Assembly (NCBI GenBank): GCA_016713825.1
Contig: JADJOJ010000003.1
Coordinates: forward strand, 228,733-292,732
Length of the DNA: 64,000 bases
Source of the DNA: Candidatus Leptofilum gracile
GTDB lineage: Bacteria; Chloroflexota; Anaerolineae; Promineifilales; Promineifilaceae
Direction of reading: 5' to 3'
The translations under genes and the position numbers were made by a program. Positions 21,411 to 30,403 of the stretch are shown here, piece by piece (positions within the stretch are counted from its first letter, which is position 1; each line of letters opens with the position of its first letter). Below the pieces are notes generated by a model. The model saw nothing but the letters and a program-made list of their open reading frames with translations. It had not been told where the DNA came from and did no database searches.

Positions 21411-21499
21411 CGTTTACGGCCGTTTACTGGTAAACTCGTCGGCCAACGCACCATACGCACCGCTGCGATGGGCGACATTAATCAGTAACGAGGTGTAAC

Positions 21500-22849
21500 A
21501 TGACCAATACCGTCCAATTTCCCGACGGCTTTTTGTGGGGAGCCGCTACCTCCTCCTACCAAATTGAGGGTGCCTGGCAGGCCGATGGCAAGGGGGAATC
21601 CATTTGGGATCGCTTTAGCCACACGCCCGGCAAAATCAAAGACGCCAGCAGTGGCGACGTGGCCTGCGATCATTACAATCTGATGCCCGGCGATGTCGCT
21701 TTGATGGCCGATCTCGGCTTGCAGGCGTACCGGTTTTCCCTCAGTTGGCCGCGCATTTTGCCAAACGGCCGTACCCCCAGCAACAGCGCCGGCCTGGACT
21801 TTTACGACCGGCTGGTGGATGAACTGCTGGCCAAAAACATCGCCCCGTTCATCACCCTGTACCATTGGGATTTGCCGCAGGCGCTGCAAGAGGAAGGTGG
21901 CTGGGCCAGCCGCAGCACCGCCGAAGCGTTTACCACCTACGCCGACGTGGTGAGCCAAAAGCTGGGCGACCGGGTGAAAAACTGGATCACCCACAACGAG
22001 CCGTGGGTGGCGGCTTTTATGGGGTACGGCAATGGCGAACACGCCCCCGGCATCAAGGATATGGCGCAGGCGCTGCGCGCCAGCCACCACCTGCTGCTGT
22101 CGCACGGCTGGGCGGTGCCCGTCATCCGCCAAAATAGCCCCGGTGCCCAGGTGGGCATCACCCTGAACCTCAGCCAGGTGTATGCTGCGTCCAGCAGCTG
22201 GGCCGATTTGCAGGCGGCACGCTACACAGATGGCTTTTTGAACCGCTGGTTTTTGGATCCGCTGTACGGCCGTCATTACCCGGCCGACATGGTGCACACC
22301 TACCGCCAGCAGGGGCACCTGCCCGCTGAGAGCGCTCTTGTGCAGCCCGGCGACCTGGAAGCGATTGCCGTGCCTACCGACTTTTTAGGCGTCAACAACT
22401 ATTCACGGGCCATTGCGCGGGATGAAACGGCCGTAAACAATCCCCCCACGCTGCTGCCAAATGACAACTTCACGGAAATGGGCTGGGAAGTGGCCCCAGA
22501 GGGTTTGCGCGATCTGCTGCTGCGGCTGCACCTGGATTACCGCATCCCCAAGCTGTACATCACCGAAAATGGAGCCAGCTATGGGGAGGGGCCGGATGAG
22601 AACGGCCGTATCCAAGACCCCCGCCGCCAACTCTTTTTGCAGCAATATTTGGGTGCCATTCACCAGGCAGTGCAGGCCGGGGTGCCGCTGGTCGGTTACT
22701 TTGTCTGGTCCCTCATGGACAATTTTGAGTGGGCCTTTGGCTACAAACAGCGCTTCGGTATTGTTTATGTCAACTATGAAACGTTAGAGCGACTGCCCAA
22801 GGACAGCGCCCACTGGTACCGCTCCGTCATCCAGCAAAACGGCTGGTAA
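21500..22849 (+). CDS. GH1 beta-glucosidase
   Basis: 449 aa. TLYHWDLPQAL, acid/base motif THNEPW, nucleophile motif YITENGA. Confidence 0.92.
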   Translation: MTNTVQFPDGFLWGAATSSYQIEGAWQADGKGESIWDRFSHTPGKIKDASSGDVACDHYNLMPGDVALMADLGLQAYRFSLSWPRILPNGRTPSNSAGLDFYDRLVDELLAKNIAPFITLYHWDLPQALQEEGGWASRSTAEAFTTYADVVSQKLGDRVKNWITHNEPWVAAFMGYGNGEHAPGIKDMAQALRASHHLLLSHGWAVPVIRQNSPGAQVGITLNLSQVYAASSSWADLQAARYTDGFLNRWFLDPLYGRHYPADMVHTYRQQGHLPAESALVQPGDLEAIAVPTDFLGVNNYSRAIARDETAVNNPPTLLPNDNFTEMGWEVAPEGLRDLLLRLHLDYRIPKLYITENGASYGEGPDENGRIQDPRRQLFLQQYLGAIHQAVQAGVPLVGYFVWSLMDNFEWAFGYKQRFGIVYVNYETLERLPKDSAHWYRSVIQQNGW

Positions 22850-22887
22850 AAAGGATGAGCCACAGAGAGCACAGAGAAAAAAGGTAA

Positions 22888-22990
22888 TTATTCAGGTCTG
22901 TTTTTTCCCTCCCCCTAGCCCCCTCTCGAAGGGAGGGGGGACGCAGTTCCCACCCCCGCCGGGGGAGGGTTAGGGAGGGGGCCCTGAATA
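22888..22990. repeat. Imperfect palindromic G/C-rich intergenic element bounded by TTATTCAGG / CCTGAATA
   Basis: Outer inverted repeat at 22888-22896 and 22983-22990. The interior CCCTCCCCCTAGCCCCCTC ... GAGGGTTAGGGAGGGGG is roughly self-complementary. A relative with the same outer arms lies at 35449-35498. Confidence 0.7.
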
Positions 22991-23040
22991 GTGACTAAAA
23001 AAAGAGGGTTTATGTGCCCTCTGTGGCAAAAACGAAGATT

Positions 23041-24129
23041 ATGTTTCAGATTGGTGAATTTTCTAAATTGGGCCAGGTGTCTACGCGGATGCTGCGCCAT
23101 TACGACAAGTTGGGCCTGCTGGTGCCCAGCCACACCGACGAATGGACTAGCTACCGCTACTACACCCTGGATCAGCTGTCGCGCCTGCATCGCATTATTG
23201 CCCTGAAGGAGTTGGGCTTTAGCCTGCAAGAAATTGGCGATCTGCTGCAAAAAGAGGGGGGGCTCTCTGTTGCGGAACTGCGCGGGATGCTGCTGCTAAA
23301 GCAGGCCGAAGTGCGCCAATCGTTAGCGCAAAGCCGTTGGCAATTGCAACAAATAGAAGCCCGATTGCGTCGTTTGGAGGAAGAGGGGCAGCCGTTGCCG
23401 TACGAGATTGTGGTGAAGCCGGTGGCCGAAACGGCCGTTGCCACCGTGCGCACCACCGTACCCAATGTGCACGAGATGGGTCATTATTGTGAACGGCTCA
23501 CCGGGCAGGTGTACGAGGGGTTGAAGAAGGTGGGGATACGGCCGTTGCAGCCCGAACTCATCCTTTACCACGCCGAAGAGTACAAGGAAGAAGATTTGGA
23601 TGTGGAAGCGGCCGTTGCCGTCCATCCTAAATACCTCAGCAATTTACCCATCGACGAAAAAATTAGCTTTCGCCAACTGCCCGCCCACGCGCTGGCAGCT
23701 TCCCTCATCTATGAAGGCCCCTTCAGCGAAATGATTCCCGCCGTGCTGGCCCTGCTCAGCTGGGTGGGGCAGCATCAGCACGTGCCCATTGGCCCCCTGC
23801 GAGAAATTCACCTCTCCGGCCCCGTTCACGCCCCAGATATGGCGGATGCAGAACTCGTCACCGAACTGCAAATCCCGCCAAATAAAAAAGACACACCCCT
23901 AAAGCGTGTCTCCTCCTTCGTCAATGGGGGTCGGATTGCCAATCCGACCCACGGTTTTCATTCGTGGTGGTGTACCGCCGTTCATGAAATCTCCCTTGAA
24001 AATAAAAAACGGAACACAGAGCTGGAAGCAGAGTTCACGAGGAATCAGGAGAAAGCGACATTTGGTTCTACTGAAAAAGGGCGATTTACCGCAAGGCGAG
24101 CGCGGAGATTTTTCTCTAGTTATCTTTAA
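23041..24129 (+). CDS. MerR-family regulator with GyrI-like effector domain (3' end probably artefactually extended)
   Basis: Starts at ATG 23041. MerR HTH: FQIGEFSKLGQVSTRMLRHYDKLGLLVPSHTDEWTSYRYYTLDQL. The GyrI-like domain ends at ...VTELQIP. One extra C in the CCC run at 23874-23876 would give ...ELQIPAK* with a stop at 23883-23885. The current ~80-aa tail reads through three hairpin/repeat elements. Confidence 0.75.
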   Translation: MFQIGEFSKLGQVSTRMLRHYDKLGLLVPSHTDEWTSYRYYTLDQLSRLHRIIALKELGFSLQEIGDLLQKEGGLSVAELRGMLLLKQAEVRQSLAQSRWQLQQIEARLRRLEEEGQPLPYEIVVKPVAETAVATVRTTVPNVHEMGHYCERLTGQVYEGLKKVGIRPLQPELILYHAEEYKEEDLDVEAAVAVHPKYLSNLPIDEKISFRQLPAHALAASLIYEGPFSEMIPAVLALLSWVGQHQHVPIGPLREIHLSGPVHAPDMADAELVTELQIPPNKKDTPLKRVSSFVNGGRIANPTHGFHSWWCTAVHEISLENKKRNTELEAEFTRNQEKATFGSTEKGRFTARRARRFFSSYL

Positions 24130-24167
24130 AACTCTGCGTCCTTTGCGTCTTTGCGGTTTGTTTTTTC
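24088..24167 (+). terminator. Periodic-arm hairpin followed by a T-run (probable terminator of the MerR transcript)
   Basis: ACCGCAAGGCGAGCGCGGAG (24088-24107) pairs with CTCTGCGTCCTTTGCGTCTTTGCGGT (24132-24157), followed by TTGTTTTTTC. Confidence 0.45.
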
Positions 24168-24294
24168 AGTGGACTCACCTGTGTTCATCTGTGTCCCTTT
24201 TATTCGTGGGGAGCGCTTGCGCTCATGAGCGCGCTTGAGGAATTATGGTGTGGCTGTCACGCCTGCAAAGGCGAGCGTGACAGCCACACTCTGG

Positions 24295-27015
24295 CTACTC
24301 GCTAGATTTTCTAAGCTGCTTGGAGATTTCTACGGCCACAAACACAATCAGGCTGGTAGCCAGCGCAATCAGCAAATCTGTCAGCGGTAACGCTTCGGTT
24401 TCAAAGAAATTTTGTAAGAACGGCACATAAATCAGCGCCATTTGCAGCACAAAAGTTATCGACACGGCCAGCAGCATCAACCGGTTGGAGAGGAAGCCAA
24501 TCTTGAAAATGGAGTCAATGTTGGAGCGGGTGGCCAGCGCATTGCCCATCTGGGCCAGCGTCAGGGTGGTGAACACCATCGTTTGCCACGGCCCATTTGG
24601 GTCGCGCAGCCAATAAACGTAGCCAATGCCCAACGAAACCAGCCCCATCAAAAAGCCAATCCATAAAATTTGGGTGCCCAGACCCCGGCTAAAAATACTC
24701 TCTTTGGGATGGAACGGTGAGCGTTTCATGATGCCCCGTTCGCCATCTTCCACAGCCAGGGCCAGGCCGGGCAGGCCGTCGGTTACCAGGTTGATCCACA
24801 AAATTTGCAGCGGCAGCAGCGGCAGCGGCATCCCCAAAAACGGGCCGATGAGCATGACAAACAGCTCGCCGGTGTTGCTAGAGAGGGTGTACTTCACAAA
24901 TTTGCGGATGTTGTCGAAGATTTTGCGCCCTTCTTCCACGGCGGCCACGATGGTGGCGAAGTTGTCGTCTAGCAGCACCATATCGGCTGCTTCTTTGGAG
25001 ACGTCGGTGCCGGTGATGCCCATCGCCACACCGATGTCGGCTCGTTTGAGGGCGGGGGCGTCGTTGACGCCATCGCCGGTCATGGCCACAATGTGCCCTT
25101 TTTCTTGTAATGCTTCTACTATGTTGAGCTTATGTTCTGGGGAAACCCGTGCATACACAGAAACTTCTTCCACTTTGCTTTTTAAGGTGGCTTTGTCCAT
25201 GTGGGCCAGCTCATAGCCGGTAAGGTTTTTGTCGCTTTGGGTGATATTTAATTCTTTGGCGATGTTTTGGGCGGTGAGGGGGTGGTCGCCGGTGATCATG
25301 ATGGGGCGGATGCCGGCTTGTTTGGCGGTGGCAACGGCCGTTTTTACCTCCGGTCGCGGCGGATCAATCATCCCCACCAGACCAATCATAATCGCATTGT
25401 TTTCGCGTGGTTCTTCAACATCGTCCAAGGGGCGGAAGGCCAGGGCCAGCACGCGTTGCCCTTCGCTGGCCATCTGGGCATTGCCTTCCAAAATGCGTGC
25501 GCGCCAGGCGTCGTCCAGCGGTACAAACTCGTTATGCTTGCCGGTCCACACCCGGTCGGCAATCTCTAGCAGGCTGTCTACGGCACCTTTGGAAAAAGCG
25601 ACGTAATCTGAGGCGTTCCAGGGGGCGTCGCTGTCATCCTCCTCCACATTTACTTCGTGGATGGTGGTCATGCGCTTCCGTTCGGAAGTGAACGGGATTT
25701 CGGCCACGCGGGGCCACCGTTCATCCAGCTCTTCTTTGCGGTAGCCCATGGTGGCGGCTGCCACCACCAAAGCGCCTTCGGTGGGATCGCCAATGGCCCG
25801 TTCTACGCCATCTTCGGTTTGCAAAATGGCATCGTTGCACAAGGCTCCTGCTTTGAGCAGCAAACTTTGGGAGCGCAGGCGGGCATCTACATGGGGTTTG
25901 AACTCTGCGTTGATAATGGCCCCTTTTTCATCGCGCAAGGTTTCGATGGTTTCGGTGTGGTCGGTGACGTCTAGCACGGTGACGGTCATCTTGTTTTCGG
26001 TGAGGGTGCCGGTTTTATCGGAGCAGATGACGGTGACGGAGCCGAGCGTTTCTACAGCGGGCAGCTTGCGGATGAGGGCGTTGCGCTTGAGCATGCGCTG
26101 GGAGCCGAGCGCCAGGGTGATGGTGACGACGGCGGGCAGCCCTTCGGGCACGGCGGCCACGGCCATGCTGATGCCGGTGAGGAAGAGCAGTTCGAGCGTT
26201 TCGATGAGTGCCTGGTTGGGATCGCGGAAGAGGAAGCCGGTAATGACCACTACCCCGACGATGGCCAGGGCCACCCAGGCGAGCTTCTTGCCCAGGTCAT
26301 CCAGGCGGCGCTGGAGCGGGGTTTGCTCTTGCTCCACGCCCTGGATCAGCTCGGCGATGTTGCCCAGTTCGGTGTTCATGCCGGTTTCGGTGATAACGGC
26401 CGTTCCCCGACCATAGGTAATCACCGTGCCCATAAACACCATATTTTTACGGTCGCCGATGGGCAGCTCTTTTTTCTCGATAGGGTCAATAAACTTGGAG
26501 ACAGGTTCCGATTCACCGGTGAGGGCGGCTTCTTCAACTTTGAGGTTGATGCTTTCGACGAGACGGCCGTCTGCGGGAACCAGATTACCCGCTTCTAGCA
26601 GCACCACATCGCCAGGCACCAGCTCGCGGGCCGAAATTTCTACCAGCTGCCCGTCGCGGCGCACCTTCACGGTGGGTACGGCCAGCTTTTTTAGGGCGGC
26701 AATCGCTTGCTCGGCGCGGTACTCCTGGGAAAACCCGATGACGGCATTCAAAATGACAATCGCCAAAATGACGATGACGTCGTTCATTTCGCCCAGAAAG
26801 CCCGAAACAGCGGCGGCAATGATCAAAATGATCACCATCGCATCTTTCATCTGATCCAGCAGGATGAGCCAGGGGCTTTTGGTGTCTTTTTCTACGAGTT
26901 CGTTGAGTCCGTATTGGGTAAGTCTGTTTTGTGCTTCGGCGGCGCTGAGGCCAGATTTTGCGTCGCTGTTTAATGTTTGAAGGGTGGTATCTACATCCTG
27001 TTGAAACCAGGTCAT
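24295..27015 (-). CDS. Cation-transporting P-type ATPase, P2 (Ca2+-type)
   Basis: 906 aa. Actuator LTGESEPV, phosphorylation site CSDKTGTLT, hinge [12 protein letters not shown], and 10-TM topology. Confidence 0.9.
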   Translation of the reverse strand: MTWFQQDVDTTLQTLNSDAKSGLSAAEAQNRLTQYGLNELVEKDTKSPWLILLDQMKDAMVIILIIAAAVSGFLGEMNDVIVILAIVILNAVIGFSQEYRAEQAIAALKKLAVPTVKVRRDGQLVEISARELVPGDVVLLEAGNLVPADGRLVESINLKVEEAALTGESEPVSKFIDPIEKKELPIGDRKNMVFMGTVITYGRGTAVITETGMNTELGNIAELIQGVEQEQTPLQRRLDDLGKKLAWVALAIVGVVVITGFLFRDPNQALIETLELLFLTGISMAVAAVPEGLPAVVTITLALGSQRMLKRNALIRKLPAVETLGSVTVICSDKTGTLTENKMTVTVLDVTDHTETIETLRDEKGAIINAEFKPHVDARLRSQSLLLKAGALCNDAILQTEDGVERAIGDPTEGALVVAAATMGYRKEELDERWPRVAEIPFTSERKRMTTIHEVNVEEDDSDAPWNASDYVAFSKGAVDSLLEIADRVWTGKHNEFVPLDDAWRARILEGNAQMASEGQRVLALAFRPLDDVEEPRENNAIMIGLVGMIDPPRPEVKTAVATAKQAGIRPIMITGDHPLTAQNIAKELNITQSDKNLTGYELAHMDKATLKSKVEEVSVYARVSPEHKLNIVEALQEKGHIVAMTGDGVNDAPALKRADIGVAMGITGTDVSKEAADMVLLDDNFATIVAAVEEGRKIFDNIRKFVKYTLSSNTGELFVMLIGPFLGMPLPLLPLQILWINLVTDGLPGLALAVEDGERGIMKRSPFHPKESIFSRGLGTQILWIGFLMGLVSLGIGYVYWLRDPNGPWQTMVFTTLTLAQMGNALATRSNIDSIFKIGFLSNRLMLLAVSITFVLQMALIYVPFLQNFFETEALPLTDLLIALATSLIVFVAVEISKQLRKSSE

Positions 27016-27352
27016 AGGGAAATCCTCTCTTTTAGGCCGGGGGGCATCGCTTGGTGTGAAGTTGTACAGAAGCGATTTTTGGGAACGGCCGTATCTCTTT
27101 TGTTTTGCCCTTAAAGTTTATCGCTGATCTCGATCAGCCGGTCGCACCAGCTTTGTGCTGCGGGGTGACATAAGTATAGCACAACCAGAACGCTCTTATC
27201 ATGTGCAGTTTGTTGGTACTGTGGTAACGGCCGTTGTTTTAAGCCGCCCTGCGTTAACAAATTGCTAGACCTGTCCCTTTGATCATACGCAAGCGGAATG
27301 GCGTCCGGTATAATCCCCACCCAGAAACTACATTGGAGGCAACCAAGCAATC

Positions 27353-28090
27353 ATGAACAACAGCTATATTCCCGACCGGGCCATGTTTATCTTTGCCCAT
27401 CCGGATGATATTGAGTTTGGCGTGGCCGGAACGGCCGCAAAATGGGCCAGCCACGGCTGCCAAAACAGCTACGTCGTCATCACCGATGGCAATGCCGGCT
27501 CCCACGAACCCGGCATGACCCGGGGTCAAATTGGGCAAATCCGGCGCACAGAGCAAACGGCCGCTGCCAAAGTGGCCGGGGCCACCCACTGCATCTTCCT
27601 CGGCTACGACGATGGCTCGCTGGAGCCATCTTTAGAGCTGCGCAAAGATTTGGTGAAGCTTATCCGGCAGCACAAGCCCAACGCTGTCGTGTGTGGCGAC
27701 CCGAATATGTTTTTCCGGGGCGATCGGCTCAACCACCCAGACCACCGGGCAGCCGCCCGGGCCACGCTGGATGCCGTCTTCCCCACCTGCGAGATGCGCC
27801 TGCTCTACCCAGAATTTGAGGCCGAAGGCATTATGCCCCACAAGGTGAACTTTGTTTACGTCTCTACCGATCAAGAACTGAACCATTACGAAGACGTGTC
27901 TGAATCGCTAGAAACGAAGCTGCAGGCGCTGAAGGAACACAAAAGCCAGCTGGGCGACAACGATTATTCAGACCGGCTGCGGGAACGGGCCGCCGCCGTG
28001 GGCAAGCAGGTGGGCCTGGCCTATGCCGAGGCGTTCCGCCGCTTGACCATCACCCCCTTACCCCAACCTCAAGAGGCAGCAAGCGCATGA
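27353..28090 (+). CDS. PIG-L/LmbE-family deacetylase (paralogue 1)
   Basis: 245 aa. AHPDDIEFGVAGT and TDGNAGSH zinc-site motifs, and HPDH. Confidence 0.85.
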   Translation: MNNSYIPDRAMFIFAHPDDIEFGVAGTAAKWASHGCQNSYVVITDGNAGSHEPGMTRGQIGQIRRTEQTAAAKVAGATHCIFLGYDDGSLEPSLELRKDLVKLIRQHKPNAVVCGDPNMFFRGDRLNHPDHRAAARATLDAVFPTCEMRLLYPEFEAEGIMPHKVNFVYVSTDQELNHYEDVSESLETKLQALKEHKSQLGDNDYSDRLRERAAAVGKQVGLAYAEAFRRLTITPLPQPQEAASA

Positions 28091-28866
28091 TAAACGCCAA
28101 CGATTACATTCCAGACCGGGCAATGTTCATCTTTGCCCATCCCGATGATATTGAATTTGGTTCGGCGGGAACGGCCGCAAAATGGGCCAAACACGGCAGC
28201 GAGGTAACCTACGTGGTGCTGACCGATGGCAACATCGGCAGCCGCGAAGAAGGGATGACGGCCGAAAAATTAGCCGAAATTCGCCGCCGCGAACAGAGTG
28301 AGGCGGCGGAGGTAGCGGGCGTGGCGCGCTGTTTGTTTATGGGGGAACCAGACGGCCGTCTCCAACCCACCCTCGACCTGCGCAAAAAATTGGTCCGGCT
28401 CCTTCGCCAGTACAAACCCAACGTGGTGGTCTGCGGCGACCCCCAATTTTTTTACAGCGATGGCTACATCAACCACCCCGATCACCGCAATGCGGGGCAG
28501 GTGGCGCTGGAGGCGGTCTTCCCCTCTGGCGATTCGCCGCTGCTCTTCCCTGAACTGGTAGAAGAAGGGTACGAACCGCACAAAGTGAACTATGTGTACA
28601 TCTCTTTTGGGCGGCGCGAAGCCAATATGTATATTGACATAACGGAAACAATCGACACCAAAATTGCGGCGCTGCGCAAGCACGTGAGCCAGCTGGGGGA
28701 TTGGGACCCGAATGAGCGGATGCGCGAATGGGCGGCTGAATCTGGCCAGCGGGTGGGCTATGCCTACGCCGAAGGCTACTTCCGCATTACGCTGCAAGAG
28801 GTAGAGCTGGAAAAAGAGCCTGCGCCCGAAACGGAGATTGAGGCGCAGGCCGAAGCGGGGGATTGA
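28087..28866 (+). CDS. PIG-L/LmbE-family deacetylase (paralogue 2)
   Basis: 259 aa. ATGA overlap with paralogue 1. AHPDDIEFGSAGT, TDGNIGS, HPDH. Collinear similarity to paralogue 1 runs throughout, with an acidic C-terminal tail. Confidence 0.85.
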   Translation: MINANDYIPDRAMFIFAHPDDIEFGSAGTAAKWAKHGSEVTYVVLTDGNIGSREEGMTAEKLAEIRRREQSEAAEVAGVARCLFMGEPDGRLQPTLDLRKKLVRLLRQYKPNVVVCGDPQFFYSDGYINHPDHRNAGQVALEAVFPSGDSPLLFPELVEEGYEPHKVNYVYISFGRREANMYIDITETIDTKIAALRKHVSQLGDWDPNERMREWAAESGQRVGYAYAEGYFRITLQEVELEKEPAPETEIEAQAEAGD

Positions 28867-28868
28867 TT

Positions 28869-28936
28869 GGTAATCGGTGAACGGTAATCCGTAATCGGTT
28901 CGTTGCTTTTTTACCGATTACGGATCACCGATTACC
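28869..28936. terminator. Bidirectional hairpin with heptamer-periodic arms between convergent genes
   Basis: GGTAATCGGTGAACGGTAATCCGTAATCGGT, loop tcgttgctttttt, ACCGATTACGGATCACCGATTACC. It fills the whole 72-nt gap between the stops at 28866 and 28939. Confidence 0.6.
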
Positions 28937-28938
28937 GC

Positions 28939-30333
28939 TTACTGGTTGAGCTGGTACTTGCGCACTTCGTTGCTGTTGCGGTCCATCACCAGCAGGTCGT
29001 TTTCGTCGGTGATGACCATGTCGAAGCTGACGCCGGCAGATTCGAGTGTGGCGAGGTAACGGCCGTTTCCCTCAAACACCTTAATCCCCCAAAAATCATC
29101 CACAAAAATGCGCCCCTTGCCATCCACGGCAATGGCGCGGGGCGAGGTGTAAAACTGGTCTTCCGCTTCCCCTTTGCTGCCAATCTGGTCCACAAACTGC
29201 CCTTCGGCATTGAGCTTGTAAATCGTTTCGCTGCCTAGCAGGTAAATGTTGCCCTCGCCGTCGATGGCCGCATCCTCCTGCGTGGTGGCAAAGTTGCTAA
29301 TATTGGCAAACGGGTCGCTGACATCTAGCGTAATGTTGCCCTGGTTGTCTAGGCGCACCAGCCGGTTTTCGGCAAAAAAGTAAACGCTGCCATCCGGGGC
29401 GGTTGCGGCCGTTCTAAAATTCACGAACTGGCTGTTGGGAATGTCCACCGTGCCCAAAAACTCCCCGGTGAGGCCATTGAATTTTTCGATGCCGCTGTTT
29501 TTAATGACGTAGACAGTGCCCTGGCGATCGGCCGTCATGCCCACCATGTACAAATCTTGCCCGGCGTTCCAGGTAGCCAAAAACTCCCCGGTTTCAGAAA
29601 AAACCTGAATGCGCCCGCCGCTGTAATCACCGGTGTAAATGTTGCCCTGGCCGTCGATGGCCAGACGGCGCGTGTCGTTGAAGAAGCCGGGGCCGGTGCC
29701 TTCCTCGCCGCCGATGCGCAGCACCACCTCGGCAAAGCCGGGCTCGGGGGTGACGCCCACGGCTCCGGGTATCGCTGCCTCAACTGTGGAGATGATGACG
29801 GCTATCTCATCCTCTGGATTGCTGGTTTCTAGCTGCGTTTGGGTGATGCTGCTAATGTCTTCAACCAGGTCTGAAGTGGCCGAGGAGGAAATGAAAAAGA
29901 AAGCGCCTGCGCCAGCAAGAATCAGGATCAAAATGGCAACCAGCCCGATGCAGCCGCCGCGGCCGCTGCTGGTTTGTACCGCGGGTGTGCTGGTGTAGGT
30001 AACCATGACCGACTCGGTGTGAAAGTTGGTGCCGCCCAGGTGAATATCTTCGTGCCGTTCGATGGCATCGACGACATCTTTGGCCTCTTTTAGCCCCACG
30101 TTAAAGGTTTCGCGGAACAGTTTGATGGCTTCAATTTTACGGCCGTTCTGCACCAAATTCACCACTTCTGCCAGTCGTTCGGGGGATCGTTGGCCGGGGC
30201 TGGGTTGGCTGCGCAAACTGTCTGGCACAATGACGGTACTGCCGCAAAAATCACAGCGCACCGTCAGCGCCTGCGCCTGCGCGTTATAATCCAGCCGGGC
30301 CTGGCAGTTAGGACATTCAAAGCTTTGTAGCAT
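28939..30333 (-). CDS. Membrane-anchored NHL-repeat beta-propeller protein with N-terminal zinc ribbon and L7/L12-CTD-like domain
   Basis: 464 aa. CPNC...CDFC zinc ribbon. KIEAIKLFRETFNVGLKEAKDVVDAI resembles the ribosomal L7/L12 C-terminal domain. A TM segment (IGLVAILILILAGAGAFFFI) is followed by repeated G.IYV.D motifs (NHL). Confidence 0.75.
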   Translation of the reverse strand: MLQSFECPNCQARLDYNAQAQALTVRCDFCGSTVIVPDSLRSQPSPGQRSPERLAEVVNLVQNGRKIEAIKLFRETFNVGLKEAKDVVDAIERHEDIHLGGTNFHTESVMVTYTSTPAVQTSSGRGGCIGLVAILILILAGAGAFFFISSSATSDLVEDISSITQTQLETSNPEDEIAVIISTVEAAIPGAVGVTPEPGFAEVVLRIGGEEGTGPGFFNDTRRLAIDGQGNIYTGDYSGGRIQVFSETGEFLATWNAGQDLYMVGMTADRQGTVYVIKNSGIEKFNGLTGEFLGTVDIPNSQFVNFRTAATAPDGSVYFFAENRLVRLDNQGNITLDVSDPFANISNFATTQEDAAIDGEGNIYLLGSETIYKLNAEGQFVDQIGSKGEAEDQFYTSPRAIAVDGKGRIFVDDFWGIKVFEGNGRYLATLESAGVSFDMVITDENDLLVMDRNSNEVRKYQLNQ

Positions 30334-30403
30334 GTTGCGGTTGCCTCCAAATAGCGGAAAAGTTGTTGGCGGAATTTTAATTTATTTTCTCGGAGAAAAT
30401 CAA

